In this document: positions 26,031 to 39,379 of the stretch, piece by piece | How the letters are laid out: every line of letters starts with the position of its first letter | How positions within the stretch are numbered: the stretch's first letter is position 1 | From: Octopus sinensis | Lineage: Eukaryota | Length of the DNA stretch: 64,000 nt | Assembly (NCBI RefSeq): GCF_006345805.1 | Contig: NC_043002.1 | Span: 74,586,001-74,650,000 of the forward strand | Reading direction: 5' to 3' | Program-made: the position numbers and the translations under genes | The notes under the pieces: model-generated | Database searches by the model: none | What the model was told of the DNA's origin: nothing | The model's input: the letters and a program-made list of their open reading frames with translations, nothing else

Positions 26031-26862
26031 ATAATTTTTTTTTTTTTAGTCCTCATCCAAACCAATGTTAGTTTGCCCTATTTAAGCCAATTGAGTGAAA
26101 CAAAAACTACTTGATCTTGGCATATATTTGCATATTAAGATCAGAATAGAGATCAAAAGAAACAATTAAGAATACTATAAATATGATAGACTTTCTATGA
26201 ATACAATACAATCATAGTAAGGATATATAATAAAGTCTGGCAAGGGAAATAACACATAACATTAGAGAAAATACTATTTCAAAATATCAAGTAAAATATT
26301 GTTACTGAAAATACTATTTTACTTAATAACTATAGTTAATGTAGTGTTAAAATGTTGGACAACTACGAGCTAAAACCTTGCTATATTTTTCATGCTCCTG
26401 GAAAGATACATTATTCTGTTAACTGCCTACTTTATGATTGATTAGTTATTAATAGGAGGCTGAAAAAAAACATTTGATCTAATGGTTGCGAAAAATGTCT
26501 TACACATTCAAGCATGGAAAATTAAAGAAATTGGTTCAGACTGAGTTTTTTTTTTTTTTACAGTATTTAGATCATTACCTCATTCAGCTACAAATTTCAC
26601 CAAATCAACTATACCCATTATCCTCCACAGTATATAAAATAACCACAAACCTAAGTCAGTTAGTTAATTATATTCTCTTTTCTTGAGCCAAGGCAGTTAG
26701 GAAAATAAAGTACAGATGCTACATGAAACTGAAGAAATTTAATAAAATCTAAAAGACTCAAAACTTAGCAAATATCTAAGCATCTGAAATGAACTGTTAA
26801 TCCCATTAGGATTTTGCAAATTATTAACCCCCACCATGAAAGATGAAAGATCTAAACATTTA

Positions 26863-27083
26863 CGAGAGGTTGCTGAAAAGTTCCTGGCTTTAAGGGTGTG
26901 GCGAAAGGCCTGGTTGGAGGCCCAACATTCTAAGTTCTTTTACACGGCTTTACTAAATCTGAAGGACCACTGCAATAAGTGTGTGAATCTGAGAGGAGGA
27001 TATGTTGAATAAAATCATAATTAACAACTGATCCTCTTGTATTTTCTTTTACCCAAAGCCAGGAACTTTTCAGCACCCCTTTG
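26863..27083 (+). mobile_element. Mariner-derived MITE (~220 bp)
   Basis: TA|CGAGAGGTTGCTGAAAAGTTCCTGGCTTT ... AAAGCCAGGAACTTTTCAGCACCCCTTTG|TA; internal remnant CNKCVNLRGGYVE* resembles a mariner C-terminus. Confidence 0.85.
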
Positions 27084-27331
27084 TACATCTACATTGTTTT
27101 GATCAGTCTAATCTCCAATTGTAATCAAAGGTCTTATTCCTGAATATGTACAGAATAAAATGGCAAACTGGTTTCAAATGAGATATCTTTATATCTAGAC
27201 TAATTAAAAGTAACAACACTCTTGTCCATCCACTGGGACAGTAATGCACCAAAATGAAACACCAATTATAATCTGTTTACAATATGCTTAATTATCAATC
27301 TGACAATGTATTAAAAAAGTTTAAAACTCAC

Positions 27332-27395
27332 ATGCACGTCCATTGGTCTCCACGTCAAAAAAGCACCGAGGACGGTACGTTCCGTTAACAGTCAT
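27332..27395 (-). CDS. PPIG: SR-type nuclear cyclophilin (PPIG/NKTR, moca family), first coding exon: MTVNGTYRPRCFFDVETNGRA
   Basis: Acceptor ttttctttccAG one base before the ATG (27395); donor GTGAGT after 27332; RPRCFFD is the typical cyclophilin N-terminus; 64 nt, phase 1 fits the next exon. PPIG versus NKTR cannot be separated; likely co-orthologue of both. Confidence 0.93.
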
Positions 27396-29256
27396 GCTGG
27401 AAAGAAAAAAAGAACCAAAGAATTTTAATAAATAGGATGGAAGTCAATATAAATGATTTAAGGTCTTAGATATCCAGAAAATGTTTAAAATTAAAAACAA
27501 AATTCTAAATACAAAAAAAACAAAAAAACATCAAGATTATTCAATAGTTTGAACACTGATTGGGTGGGTTTGCTCAAATGTGATCTATCACCATCATCAT
27601 TACACTCTCAAGCCCAGACTTTTCAAAGCCTCCTAAATTTCCCACAATTAAGTTCACCTAATTTTCATCATCTTTGGCATAAAATACTAACCCATAATCA
27701 ATGTTATAATTTTTTGCTGTTGATTGCCCAAAAATTTGCTTGCATACAAATTTTGTCTTTCCTTGCAAAGTATGTGCACATCCATGTGAGTAACTATTTT
27801 CAATCTAAAAAATATACAATTTCACCTTGAAACTGACTGGCATAAAATCACTCAGAAATACAATATGCCTGTGGACCAGCACTTACGGTCTCTTACTTTG
27901 CCTTTTCTACTGCTATCACATCACCCTCTGCTCCTTGGAGTTAGCTGGGTTCATATCAGTTCTACTCAGGTATTCCAGTCCAACTCAGCTCTTCCCTTTC
28001 ATACTCTTAAGATGTCCCACACTCACCCCAGACTCCACATTAATCACTACATCCAGTCCTTCTGGAACTCCATCCTTATACATAACTTTCCTGCAAATAT
28101 TATACTCTAACCTCCCACCTGGCTCACAGACACTTCCCTTGGTTCCACTCCCTCTCTCAGCTGAGAGGTCTTTGTCTTGCAAGCTACTGGATGACCCCAC
28201 TGGTACCACATAAAAAGCACCTGTGCTGGCCCCACATAAAAAAACAGTTGTGCTGGTTCCACATGAAAGACACCCAGTGGTTGGCATTAGGAAGGACATC
28301 CTGCAAACCATCCAACTCATGCCAGCATGGAAGACAGATGTTAAATGATGATGACGAAAGGTTCAAAAGGAATATTAATGGCACTGATCTCACCAGTCCA
28401 CAAGGACTGGCAAAGGGCATGGAAAATGCCCCTTTTCTCAGACTAAACAAGTAAGATTTCTTAATTTCACCAGAGTATAACTTTTTTTTAAAGTCAAACT
28501 TACAGATTTCCTGAAAAGAAAGTGCATATATTATTTATATCCTACAACGAGCTACAGTATGTTTGATTTGCCTGACATCATCAAAAGACATTGCTATGCT
28601 ATATTTCTATAAGTATCTCATTTTGTTCACATTTTTCATTGGAATCGACTGTTGTCTGCGTGTGTATAGATCATGATGTACCTATGCATGTAGATGTGTG
28701 GGTACATACATACATAGATATGCGACTGTGTGTGTGTGCGTACAGTGATGGATTCAAGGGTTTCTTTTATTTATAAGTTGATTTTTTTATTTCAACCATT
28801 CTTAGGCTTCTAATCTTCTTTCAGTCAAACACTTACAAAGCTTAATTCAGTTCATTTAAAAAGGGTAAGCAACATATTGTAAGCCAGACTATAATTCACG
28901 AATAAATTTATCTGCATTGCCCCTCTGATACCTTTGCTTTTAATTTCTTTTGATGTTTTAGTCATAACCTAACGTTTTTGGGTAGTTTTGTTCAAAAATG
29001 ACTGCTCTACAACATGCATTTAATCAAAGCTATGAATAGACCAATATAAGAAGCACCGGGATTCAGAGTGGATGATGAATATACTGAGTATTAATTTGTA
29101 CCTGCCTCTGCTAAATGTAATTGTTCTTTACTTTCCTTTTATTTTTCTTTAACTGAATTAAGACTAAACTGACTTGTTTTAAGGAGTAAATTAAGTGCTA
29201 TCTGATAAACATAGTTTCATGCTTTGCTCTTCATTGATTATTCATATTTTAAATAT

Positions 29257-29541
29257 ATGGTTGTTGCCAGTGCCGCTGGACTGGCTCCTGTGCAGGTGGT
29301 ACGTAAAAAACACCATTCGAGCGTGGCCATTGCCAGTACAGCCTGACTGGCCCTCATGTCGGTGGCATGTAAAAGCACCCACTACACTCTTGGAGTGGTT
29401 GGCATTAAGAAGGGCATCCAGCTGTAGAAACTCCGCCAGATCAAGATTGGAGCCTGGTGCAGCCATGTGGTTCGCCAGTCCTCAGTCAAATCGTCCAACC
29501 CATGCTAGCATGGAAAGCAGACGTTAAACGATGATGATGAT
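29257..29541 (+). mobile_element. SINE-like family C with an RTE-type (GAT)n tail; internal ~63-bp duplication
   Basis: GTGGTTGGCATTAAGAAGGGCATCCAGCTGTAGAAA ... CATGCTAGCATGGAAAGCAGACGTTAAACGATGATGATGAT. Other copies near 3500(-), 8530(-), 9625(-), 10910(+), 16122(-), 20830(+), 24905(+), 28190(+), 61050(-) and 63700(+). Confidence 0.9.
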
Positions 29542-30919
29542 TTAGCTTCTATCCATAAATTTTGACCATCTTTGATCCTAAGTTTGCTGCATAAATAGTT
29601 GGTTCTACCGATTTTGGAAATCATCATAAAATTTGTCCCACCAATTTTTGCAGTTTTGTAAACTACAACTCTATAAGAATAAGAATTTATATTTTTTATC
29701 TTCACTATCATTATGCACTTTCTGTTTCTGAAGTTTCATAATAATATCTATGATCAATTGTTTAAATAAATTTTGTTTCATCAGCATGTTTCCAAACGAA
29801 ATTTGGTTGATTGAAATAATACTTGCAAACAGACTCGACCAAATAACTGAAAAGATACTACAATTCAGCTAAATGACCTTTTAATAGTGGTGAAGACTAA
29901 ACACTAGATAATTTAGTTCACACATTACCGTCTAGTTTTATACTTCCCTAGATATAAACATAATTATTGAAGGCTGAATCTGTTGCTAAAGAGGATTTTA
30001 AAGCTGCAGTAGTTAGAGATGGTCCCATAACCCCATAACTTCAATCACCATGGACCATCAAAGTGTGCAACCCATGTCAGCAAGGAACATGGAGGTCAAA
30101 TCATGATGACGAAACAAGGGATAACCCTCTATACTGATAATCTGATAGAAATAGCAACTAAATTTTCTCTCAGGTCACACCCTAACATATTAAAAAAAAA
30201 AAGAGCGACATTACATTGGACTATGTGGCCCTGACATTAAAGAAAACACAGAAAGGTCACAACAAGAATGCTTTTGATAAGTTTGCTTGATTAGGATTAA
30301 ATGAGGGTGAAGGATACAAAAAAAAAGATAAAAAGATATATATATATATACATATAAATACATGTGTTTATACTCCTGTCACATCTTGACAACTGGTGTT
30401 GGTTTGTTTACATACCCATAACTTAGCGGGTCGGTAAAAGAACCGATAGAATAAGTATCAAACTTTTTTTTAAATTACTGCTGTCGATTTGATTGACTAA
30501 ACCCTCCCCCAGCTATGCTCCAACATGACCGCAGTCCAATGAGGGAACAAATAAATGATAAAAGATACTTTATATTTAACTGCCACTGATTTACTTTAAA
30601 TGAAACACATTTCTTAAAAATCGTTTGATTGTTAATTAATAATTAGCCCTGTGGATTTCCAACTCCACAATCTGAAACGTTAAGAAGGATTATTTTGTGA
30701 TGGAAAACCGGTGGATAAGTTTTCACACGTTAGCTGGTTTGCGCGTACTAAATGCTTAAAACAGTCGTTTTAAAAATGATGTCAAGAGTTAACAAATAAC
30801 GTGTAGAGGGGGTGGATATGGTATCAGAAAGGAATGAGACAGGTCAATAGATTTGAACTAAATCAAAATGCAGAAAGCATTCGTCGAGCCAACGAGGAGC
30901 AAAGCCTGAAAGGTCACTC

Positions 30920-31235
30920 AGGTTGCTAGAAATAATAGCTGAATCTCATTCGAATCGCATTTAACCATCTTTAAAAAGACATTGATATTGTACAAGACAA
31001 TATTGTCGTGGCTGAAACGCCTTTGATCATATGTGTACTCAGACAGAACTGACCGGCAGCAAAACATCACGAAGCAATTCGATCAAGGGACCTACTAGAA
31101 ATAACAGCTAAATCTCTCTCGAAAAAAGACAATGTATGCCCAGATATACAAAAGATTGGATGGTTTTGACTAGAGCGCCTTTGATAGTAGGCTTGCGCGA
31201 TTAGGAGTGACCTGTTGGTAAGAACATGAAGCAAT
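30920..31235. repeat. Tandem pair of a fourth interspersed repeat (CTAGAAATAACAGCTAAATCTC...CTTTGATCAT); related copies at ~30140, 35700 and 62130
   Basis: Direct internal repetition and similarity among the listed sites; class not determined. Confidence 0.6.
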
Positions 31236-31941
31236 TCTGGTTTAACAACGTGTATTACAAAATTAGCACAGGAAGCAACCAGGGTAGAAAGCTTCATTCA
31301 AATGACGTACAGCAACTATTTTGAGTTTACAAGATTTTTTTTTTAATGTCTGCAACATGGATGAAGATGACTATATATGCTCATGCATGATCATAAACCG
31401 ATTTATGAATAAGTAAATTGTAGAATTTAAGAGAATAAAGAAAAGAAAATTTAAAAAAAAGAAGCTTAGCAACATGATCAATATGTTGGAGACGAGGGGT
31501 GGATACCGATTATAGTAGTTGTGCGATAGCAGATTACGAATAGATCCTCAAATCGATAAGTTATAATTATTCCGATGCCAATCAATACCGAAAGCAGACA
31601 AAGGAACTATCCACAGATAGGTTCATATTGATAATATAACATACATAATATTGTCCGAATTTAAAATACGTCAACCAACAGACACGATAGTGCTTAAATC
31701 CGAGCAACAGCTCTGATATGTTAGTTAATACTACCAGCTAGATCAGTGTAACTAAATATTTGTAACTAGATATTACTATTGTAAATCAAGATTTAAAAGA
31801 TGGTTTGACTGGCTGTCTCCTTAATAATTTAACCATCGAAACGAAAAGCTTGTATATATATATGTGTGTGTGTGTGTGTGTTCTTTTCAATCATGCCAAT
31901 AAATATATACAATTGCCTACAAGGCAGAATTGACCACTCGC

Positions 31942-31973
<32 letters not shown>

Positions 31974-32240
31974 AACATGTATTTATGTATCAGCTGCTAT
32001 GAACACAGTCACGATGAAGAAAAACATTTTTCAATGAGGTAATTTAATTCTGAATTTCGAAGAAGCAGAGCAGAAACTATTTGCAAGACAGTTCTCCTAT
32101 TTGCAGTTTAAAGAAGATTTGTTGTGGTGAGACGAAATGAAACGATGATACAAACGACATGTATAATGGCGGAACATGAAGGAATACAGTACTGTACGCT
32201 ATATAAAGCAAACAACAAGGGTACGACTGCTGCTGCCTAC

Positions 32241-32280
32241 CTCCTCGTCTTATTTGTTGAACACTGGCTGAGATATTTTC
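32241..32280 (-). other. Candidate 40-nt 5'UTR exon of the cyclophilin gene
   Basis: The ATG exon starts at an acceptor, so an upstream non-coding exon must exist. Here ttttttgttAG ... GAG|GTAGGC flank 40 nt inside the CpG-rich domain. Not unique; other donors are possible. Confidence 0.35.
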
Positions 32281-32554
32281 CTAACAAAAAATGCGTACAA
32301 CTATATATACACACACATATATATATAGTCATAAGAAGTAGATAACAATTTGCATAGAGCAATATATATACCCAAGTTAATTTTAGTATAGTTTCCGTTT
32401 TTTTTTCTTTCTTTTCTCAAATGTTTATTAAATGTCAGGTATACTTAGCTCTTCGCAACAACCTTTAACAATGTAAATATCAATACAAAAACAAAATGGT
32501 TTCAAAATATATTGCTACAAATATACGTCCAATACGATCAGTCACCTAACAAGA

Positions 32555-32603
32555 CTATATATATATATATGTATGTGTATATATATATTATATAAATTGT
32601 GTA

Positions 32604-32643
<40 letters not shown>

Positions 32644-32809
32644 GTTCAAACTACCCACAACTGATTTGATTTGAAAACCCACTAGAATGGGAGCAAGCGC
32701 TAATCCGAATGATATGATATATATGTAAAAAATGTAATATATAAATAAATATCTACAAATATGAACCATCTGATCTGATTACCTCAATTTTTCTAATATA
32801 TATATATAT

Positions 32810-32840
<31 letters not shown>

Positions 32841-32845
32841 AAGTT
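32555..32845. repeat. (TA)n microsatellite cluster; other (TA)n at ~6116, 12839, 49533, 53511, 57797, 58110 and 63610; (CA)n at ~17757; (GAT)n at ~53452
   Basis: Directly visible simple repeats. Confidence 0.97.
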
Positions 32846-34948
32846 GTGTATTATATAGGTGTATGTTTATATATACCCGTAGAAGGCGGAGGTGTGTGTG
32901 TACATTACATATAATTTTGTTTATAAATGTATTAATTAGTAGTCATTTAATTAAGGAAGGAAATTAAAAACGATAGACTAGCGCGGCAATAAGATTTTAA
33001 TATGGGAGGAAGAAAGCATTTAGTAGTGTCTGTCATCAAGTGGAATCGAAGGTTTGCTCAAAGTGGAAGCAATATTTAGGACTGATACAACATATCATGG
33101 AAAATAAAAACCCTCGGTGCCAGGTGTTAATTGTCAATCAAACCGAATCTATTTCATATGCAAGATTGTCTCTTCCTCTCAATATATATAAATATGCATA
33201 TTATTTATATATAAGTATAACTATCTAGAAAAGGGTATCTTTTTATATATATATATAGTGAAATCAAGTGAGATGTGGACAGCGGCGGGGAAAAACAAGG
33301 GAAAAATACGCCTAACCATTACATTTAGACTGCAAGCAAAAGGGAAAGCATGTACGATCAAGGTACACAATGATTTGGGAATAAAATTGACTCGATGTTC
33401 ATTACTTAAAACTAAAACATGAAAGAGTGTTAAAAGTTAACAAATACTAATAATAGCTATTTAACGTTGGTCAAGCATGGGTCAATATATAACAGAAATT
33501 ATAAAGAATACCTCAAGAATGCTTCATGCACATCATTAAAGATTTCAGGAATGGCGGTTTATAGATCTGACCTAAAAAAAGGTGCGATAGATTCGCACTA
33601 TAAATTTAGACTAAATAAAAACAAATGTTTGTATTCAAATAAAATCAATTCTGCTAATGTACATTAAAATGGAAAACATAATCGAGAGTAAATAGCAAAT
33701 AAAATTTTAATCTGTTTCAAAACATTTAAAATAAGAAATAATTGAAATGACGATGTAAGATTCAATAAACCCTAAACATTATAATGGACTAAACCAGAAG
33801 GCTTTGACATGTGACGTCAACTATGATAATTGTAGTTTTTTCGTGCCTCTTTATACCACTTTTATAGTACTGGAACATCAAGTGGACAAACCTATTTTAT
33901 CCTAACATAAAACGCGTATGATGCCGACGAAATTAGTGTTTTGATCATTTTTACATGCATACACATTCAGAAATATATGTGTATATGTATATATACATAC
34001 ATGCAGACACTTATATATAATTTAATTATTTATTTCCACTAAAGGTCGCTAAATTAATGTATTATATATCAGAAATAATAGCACATTTTCAGGTTTTATT
34101 TAACGTTGATATTGCTTTTAAACACATAAAATCTTAAATTGTTCGTTCTGCAACAGGATTTAGCAAGCTTGATCTTAACACTGCTACTACTTGTTCATAA
34201 CCTCAATTTTTCTAGAAAGCAATGACAATCGTTCGTTTCTCTCAGTAATATGTATATATATAAATATGTAGTCGTATTTATTAATATTACTTGTTGACAA
34301 CGAGCAACTGACTGAACGCTATGTAGTATTTAGTTATATTTTTATCTCAAAAATTTGTACAGCGTTGACTCAGCTTTTCAGCTGTCTGAGGTGGGGCGGT
34401 TCGATAAAACAAGAACCAGTAATACGTTAGGTCAAACTAGAGTTAATGCTCTTCGAAGATTGGTTTTGTGACTTGCTAAAACAAATAGGTATTACATTCT
34501 CTGCCAGAGGAGTCAGACTTAAAGGGAAGAACCATAGGCGACTGTAACATATCTCCTGAGGGCGTTAGCAATACAACTAAAACAGTTTTAAGTGAGAACG
34601 GAGTATTTTATACCAAGCATGAGCAACCGTTTTTCGAGAAGCGGGTCACATGAAACATTGTTCATCATCAGGCAACTACTAAGAAAATGATGGGTAATTT
34701 TTCATTAGGCGTGCCATTCAAAATGTCCCGCTGGTTGCCCCTAATTAGCCTATACAAATACTTCTTCAAGTGGCTTGAAAAAAGAGAGGGAATTATTTCA
34801 TAAGGACATAGCTGAAGTGAAAGGAGATTGATGAGAATGAAGATTAAATGTTAGACTCAACTCTTCTAAAAGTCGTTCTTTGCTTGCTGCAAAAGATTCG
34901 GTTCTGGGAAGCCGGTGTAGTTAATTGAATGAGGTTTTGACGGTCTGT

Positions 34949-35550
34949 TGGTTTCAAATTTTGGCACTAGGCCAGCGATTTCAGGGGAGGGATAAGTCAA
35001 TTCTATGGACCTCTGTGTTGAACTGGTACTTATTTTATCGCCTCCAAAAGGCAGAACGTTAAGATGGATGAAATGCCGCTAACATTTTTGGGCGGTGTGT
35101 TAACGATTCTGCCAGATCACCTATTTCTTTACTACCCATAAGGGGTTAAACACAGAGAGGACAGACAAACGGATTAAGTTGATTATATCGACCCCAGTGC
35201 GTAACTGGTACTTATTTAATCGACCCCGAAAGGATGAAAGGCGAAGTCGACCTCGACAGAATTTGAACTCAGAACGTAACCGCAGACGAAATACCTATTT
35301 CTTTATTACCCACAAGGGGCTAAACACAGAGGGGACAAACAAGGACAGACATAGGTATTAAGTCGATTACATCGACCCCAGTGCGTAACTGATACTTAAT
35401 TTATCGACCCCGAAAGGATGAAAGGCAAAGTCGACCTCGGCGGAATTTGAACTCACAACGTAACGCAGACGAAATACCACTAAGCATTTCACCCGGCGTG
35501 CTAACGTTTCTACCAGCTCGCCGCCTTGATTCTGCTAGCTCACCACCTTA
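34949..35550 (-). mobile_element. Three abutting copies of tRNA-derived SINE family A
   Basis: On minus, head AAGGCGGCGAGCTGGTAG, B-box GTTGTGAGTTCAAATTCC and core GAGGTCGACTTTGCCTTTCATCCTTTCGGGGTCGATAAA; two copies are near consensus. Confidence 0.92.
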
Positions 35551-36904
35551 TGCACAGTCAATACTGAATTTAAATTATTAATATCATGGCAACGTAATGC
35601 CTACAGATGTGTGTGTGTGTGTTATAATAACATTTAAGAATTATTCTTGATGTTACCCTTATTCATATTTTGTTTGGAACAAACCAACAAGGGTGTATGT
35701 GATTGTCAATGTGCTAGAAGTAGCTGCCAACTCTCTCTCATTTCACACCCTACTATCAATTAATGTAAAAGACATACACTGTGTCCGGGAAAAAGCTGAG
35801 TAGTCCCATCTTGGAAGTCCTTGATCATAGATGAGATCAGCCAGTCTTTAGTTGTGGATCTGGATTGCCTAACGTGGCTAAACAACTTTATTTAGAAAAT
35901 GTTAGTCTTTCTATGTAAAAGGATGAGAACCACTGAAATAAATATTTAAATGGAGAAATAATTACATATGCATTGTAAACTTATATGACAATGCATCTGC
36001 TTGGCATATTTATGGCTGAGAGTACAAATCACTGTCGTCTCAGGGAAGAGCATAGATGTTACCCCTCACTGGTAAATTTGAATCATCTGTCGCCAATTTA
36101 ATGTTAGAAAAAAGTCAATAATAATACATTTTCAAGAATCTTAATTTTTCTCTGTCATATTATAGTCTTTTAAACGATACATTACAAAACATCAATGCTG
36201 CAGGTACATAATTTGAAGGTATGTAAATATGCCAATAAGACCAATATAATATATTTATGAAGTTACATAGATCCAGTGGTGGCTTGTAGATAAAATTAGT
36301 GGGGGTGCTGCTTTAGAAAATGTTTAGCCGTTGTTTTAATATCGTGTAAAAGGAAACAAACATATAAAAAAGACTACTTATACATAAATTTGATTGGTTC
36401 ACGTTTTAGCCACTGCCGGGTAGTGTGTCCACTGAACACCACCGCAAATTCCCCCTTGTTTTTAAAAAACACCGCCATAAATCACAAAATAAAGGGGGAA
36501 AATCTGCTCTATTTTTCGAATCCCAGCTGCAAGACTGACGCTGGAAGCAGGATAATACTCTAATTCTACACTTTATCACATTCAAGAATATAAACATGTT
36601 TTTAAGCACAACACATGCAGAGTCAAAAAGAAACATTACCTTTCACTGGCACTGCATGAACGACAGTGCTCTCTCTCCCTAGCATGAAGCTTCCTATCTT
36701 GGACATGTGAGCATGCGTACAGCAGCCAAACACCCGTGTTGCTGGAACTGTGAATTACACAGTCCTATACAAAGGATAGTTGTATTTTTTTCATAAACTA
36801 GGGGATGACAGCTGACATTAAGCTATGCTCTCAGAGCATCCACCCCACTACTGACTTGGTCACCTAGGTAATGGAAGCCTTCAACTACTTCTAGTTTTTC
36901 CCCT

Positions 36905-37378
36905 AGCATGTGGTGGAATCTGTTTTCTATACATCTTCAGTATTTATTGCCCCTGTACATCTGTTACATGCAAAAGCTATCTTCCCAGTTAACCTTCCTT
37001 TGATACTGCTGCACCTCTTATGTGTCCATAGCTTACACCTGGCACATCTTATGGAGTTTCTACCTATGCCTTTTCTACCTGAAAGGATTGTGAAGAGCCA
37101 TCTACCTGAAGGGATTTGTGATATGTTTGCCTTCCTACTTACTAAGACTTTGGTTTTTGCTAGATTGACTCTAAGGCCCTTCGATTCTAGACCTTGCTTC
37201 CACACCTGAAACTTATGCTCTAGTTCTGGTAGTGACTCAGCTACTAGAGCAAGGTCATCAGTATAGAAAAGCTCCCAGGGACAGCCTGTCTTGAATTCCT
37301 CTGTTATTGCCTGGAGGACAATGATGAATAAGAGGGAGCTGAGGACTGATCCTTGGTGAACCCCTGCCTCTACCCATC
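36905..37378 (-). mobile_element. RTE-clade LINE fragment, same family as 53540-54390
   Basis: GVHQGS, FYTDDL and WKQGLESKGLRVNLAKTKVL...CARCKLWTHKRC...CNRCTG. Confidence 0.92.
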
Positions 37379-37460
37379 TTATGTCTAAAATGCACTAACA
37401 ACATACACACACACACACACACCTTGTATATGTGTGTTCAATTTTGTTTATATATATAAT

Positions 37461-38014
37461 CAGGATTATTCAAAAAGCAAGAGCAGATTTTAAATTTATT
37501 GTTAAAAAAACACGTTAAGAGACACAAACATATTCTACATATGTCTTTGTAGGGGAAGGTTTAAAGCTTATTTTAAGGTAGTATGCACATACCATAAGCA
37601 CCAGTGCTTTTTTCTTTACAAATGCAACCTTTTTCTGTGAAATTTTTATGGCATTTGTAAATTTGCTTGTGACAGGGTGGATTTTTATTGAATTGGCAGT
37701 GAAATTCACATTGCACTTGCACAATCAATTCGCATTTCTCAAACTGCAGCACACAAAAAGACTTTTTTTGTGGCATCGCCATTTTCTAAGGGATTACACA
37801 AATCAAAATTATACAACTTTAAATAAAATGAACGAAATGAAACATTAAAGCAAAATTAAAATATTATGTTATTTAAGGCTTAATTCAATTGATCGTGTTC
37901 AGCTATAAGCTTTAAACATTCCCCTATCAAGAAATATGTAGAATGAGTTTGTGTCTCTTAGCATTTGTTTCAAAAATGAATTTGAAATCTGCTCTTTCTT
38001 TTTGAATAACCCTG
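37461..38014 (-). mobile_element. Tc1/mariner-superfamily deletion derivative with ~110-bp TIRs
   Basis: Long imperfect inverted repeats (CAGG.TTATTCAAAAAG.AAGAGCAGATTT...). Internal MAMPQKKSFCVLQFEKCE...KGCICKEKSTG resembles the N-terminal HTH of maT/rosa-type transposases. Confidence 0.8.
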
Positions 38015-38015
38015 T

Positions 38016-38400
38016 ATATCTATATCAATAAAAGTGAAATTCTGTCTGTCCATCTGGCACTCTTGTATCTCAGTCTGCATTTGCTCTACATAGACATATT
38101 ATACCTTTTTGGTATCAGGAAGATCCAGGGATTGAAAATCTGCATTTTATTTGGTTCTTGAATATCCAGTATTAGGATCTGATTTAACGCATTTAGGTTG
38201 CTATTTTTAACAGGTAAAGCTTAGCAGATTCACATCATCTTGGTTGGTGTTTGTCAGATGACATCAAATCAAGGGGGTGATAAATGACATTCAGTTCATT
38301 AATCCTAACCCTAACCTGAAGAACTTTGGGACAAATTTTTATAAATGGAAGGCAATGTTTATGATATCAAAGGAATATCATCTCCTCCCATCATTCATCT
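38016..38400 (+). mobile_element. Possible non-autonomous Helitron/Helentron-like fragment
   Basis: Starts ATATCTATATCAATAAAAGTGAAATTCTGTCTGTC and contains CTAACCCTAACC; no 3' hairpin confirmed. Confidence 0.35.
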
Positions 38401-38409
38401 TGTTTTTTA

Positions 38410-38790
38410 TGTAGTTCAGGCTTTCGGCAGGTGAAGAGAAAGAACTTCAAGTACATCTGCTATTTACAACTGGTTTATTTACAAGAAAGGTGAAGTGTGC
38501 TGCTCTCAGCTACCATCTCAAGCTCCAATAGTGTGGGTGCATAGCCACTGGAGATAGACAGGCAGAGGGCTCTGCCAGTGTTGGTGTTCAATCAATGCTG
38601 TGATGTAAATGGCACCAAAAGAGGCTGGTCTGAATCGGTTTCCTGTTTATATAGTTTTCTCCATCATGAGCCTCGTTGTGATTTCGCGCATGGCAAATGT
38701 ATGCAGGTGAGGTCTCACTCCAGTCTCGGAGATGGCAATGACTGCCGCGAGATCTCATCCAATATAATGCTGGCTGTTTGTGCTGCTACA
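38410..38790 (-). mobile_element. Probable solo LTR (381 bp)
   Basis: Ends TGTAG...CTACA; on minus a TATATAAA (38646-38653) then AATAAA (38474-38479); GC/CpG richer than flanks; no clean TSD, PBS or PPT. Confidence 0.6.
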
Positions 38791-39379
38791 AATAAACCAA
38801 CAGATGGAATTCAACTTGGGACTGGAACAATAGAATGATTGTATTACAGAATTAATTCTCATCCATCTTTAACCTCTGATCAAACACCACCGAAGCATAT
38901 AGTTTTTATATACATATTATAGCCATGCTATTTAGTTTTGGGTTGTAGGCCCAATTAGTCCTCTGCAGGAGCTAGCTTAAAAGTCCATACTGAGTGCAGC
39001 TTTTAAGTTAGTATATTATGTGAGTGTGTGCATGGGTGTATGTGTATATAGGGTGGGACAAAAGTCAAGCACCAAAACATTTGTCATTTTATTTATACCA
39101 CATTATCATTATTATCATCCATTTTATTCATCATGTACAAGTACATATGTATTCATCATTATTTTATTTATTTTATTCAGTTTCAGAAAAATTAAAGCAT
39201 GTCTTTGACAATTCCCAAGCATATTGAACTTATTTTGAGCAATCAGGTCATCATACTTACTACAGAGTAACAGCTAAGTGTGTGTGTGCATGCTTGAGTA
39301 TGTGTATGTATGTATGTATGTATCTGTGTGTGTGTGTGTCTGTCTGTCTGCAGTGTGTGTGTGTCTATGAACTGACTCT

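Larger units (their letters stand above)
30420..36700. promoter_or_regulatory. CpG-retaining domain upstream of the cyclophilin gene; probable promoter region
   Basis: CG dinucleotides become abruptly common compared with the gene body (by eye). Perfect CRE palindrome TGACGTCA at 33812-33819; ATGGCGG (YY1-like) near 32167 and 33551. Confidence 0.5.

Noticed and set aside
32124-32345. Plus-strand ORF (MAEHEGIQY...) as a divergent gene
   Set aside because: Runs into (TA)n/(CA)n repeats, no homology recognised, and overlaps the candidate minus-strand UTR exon.
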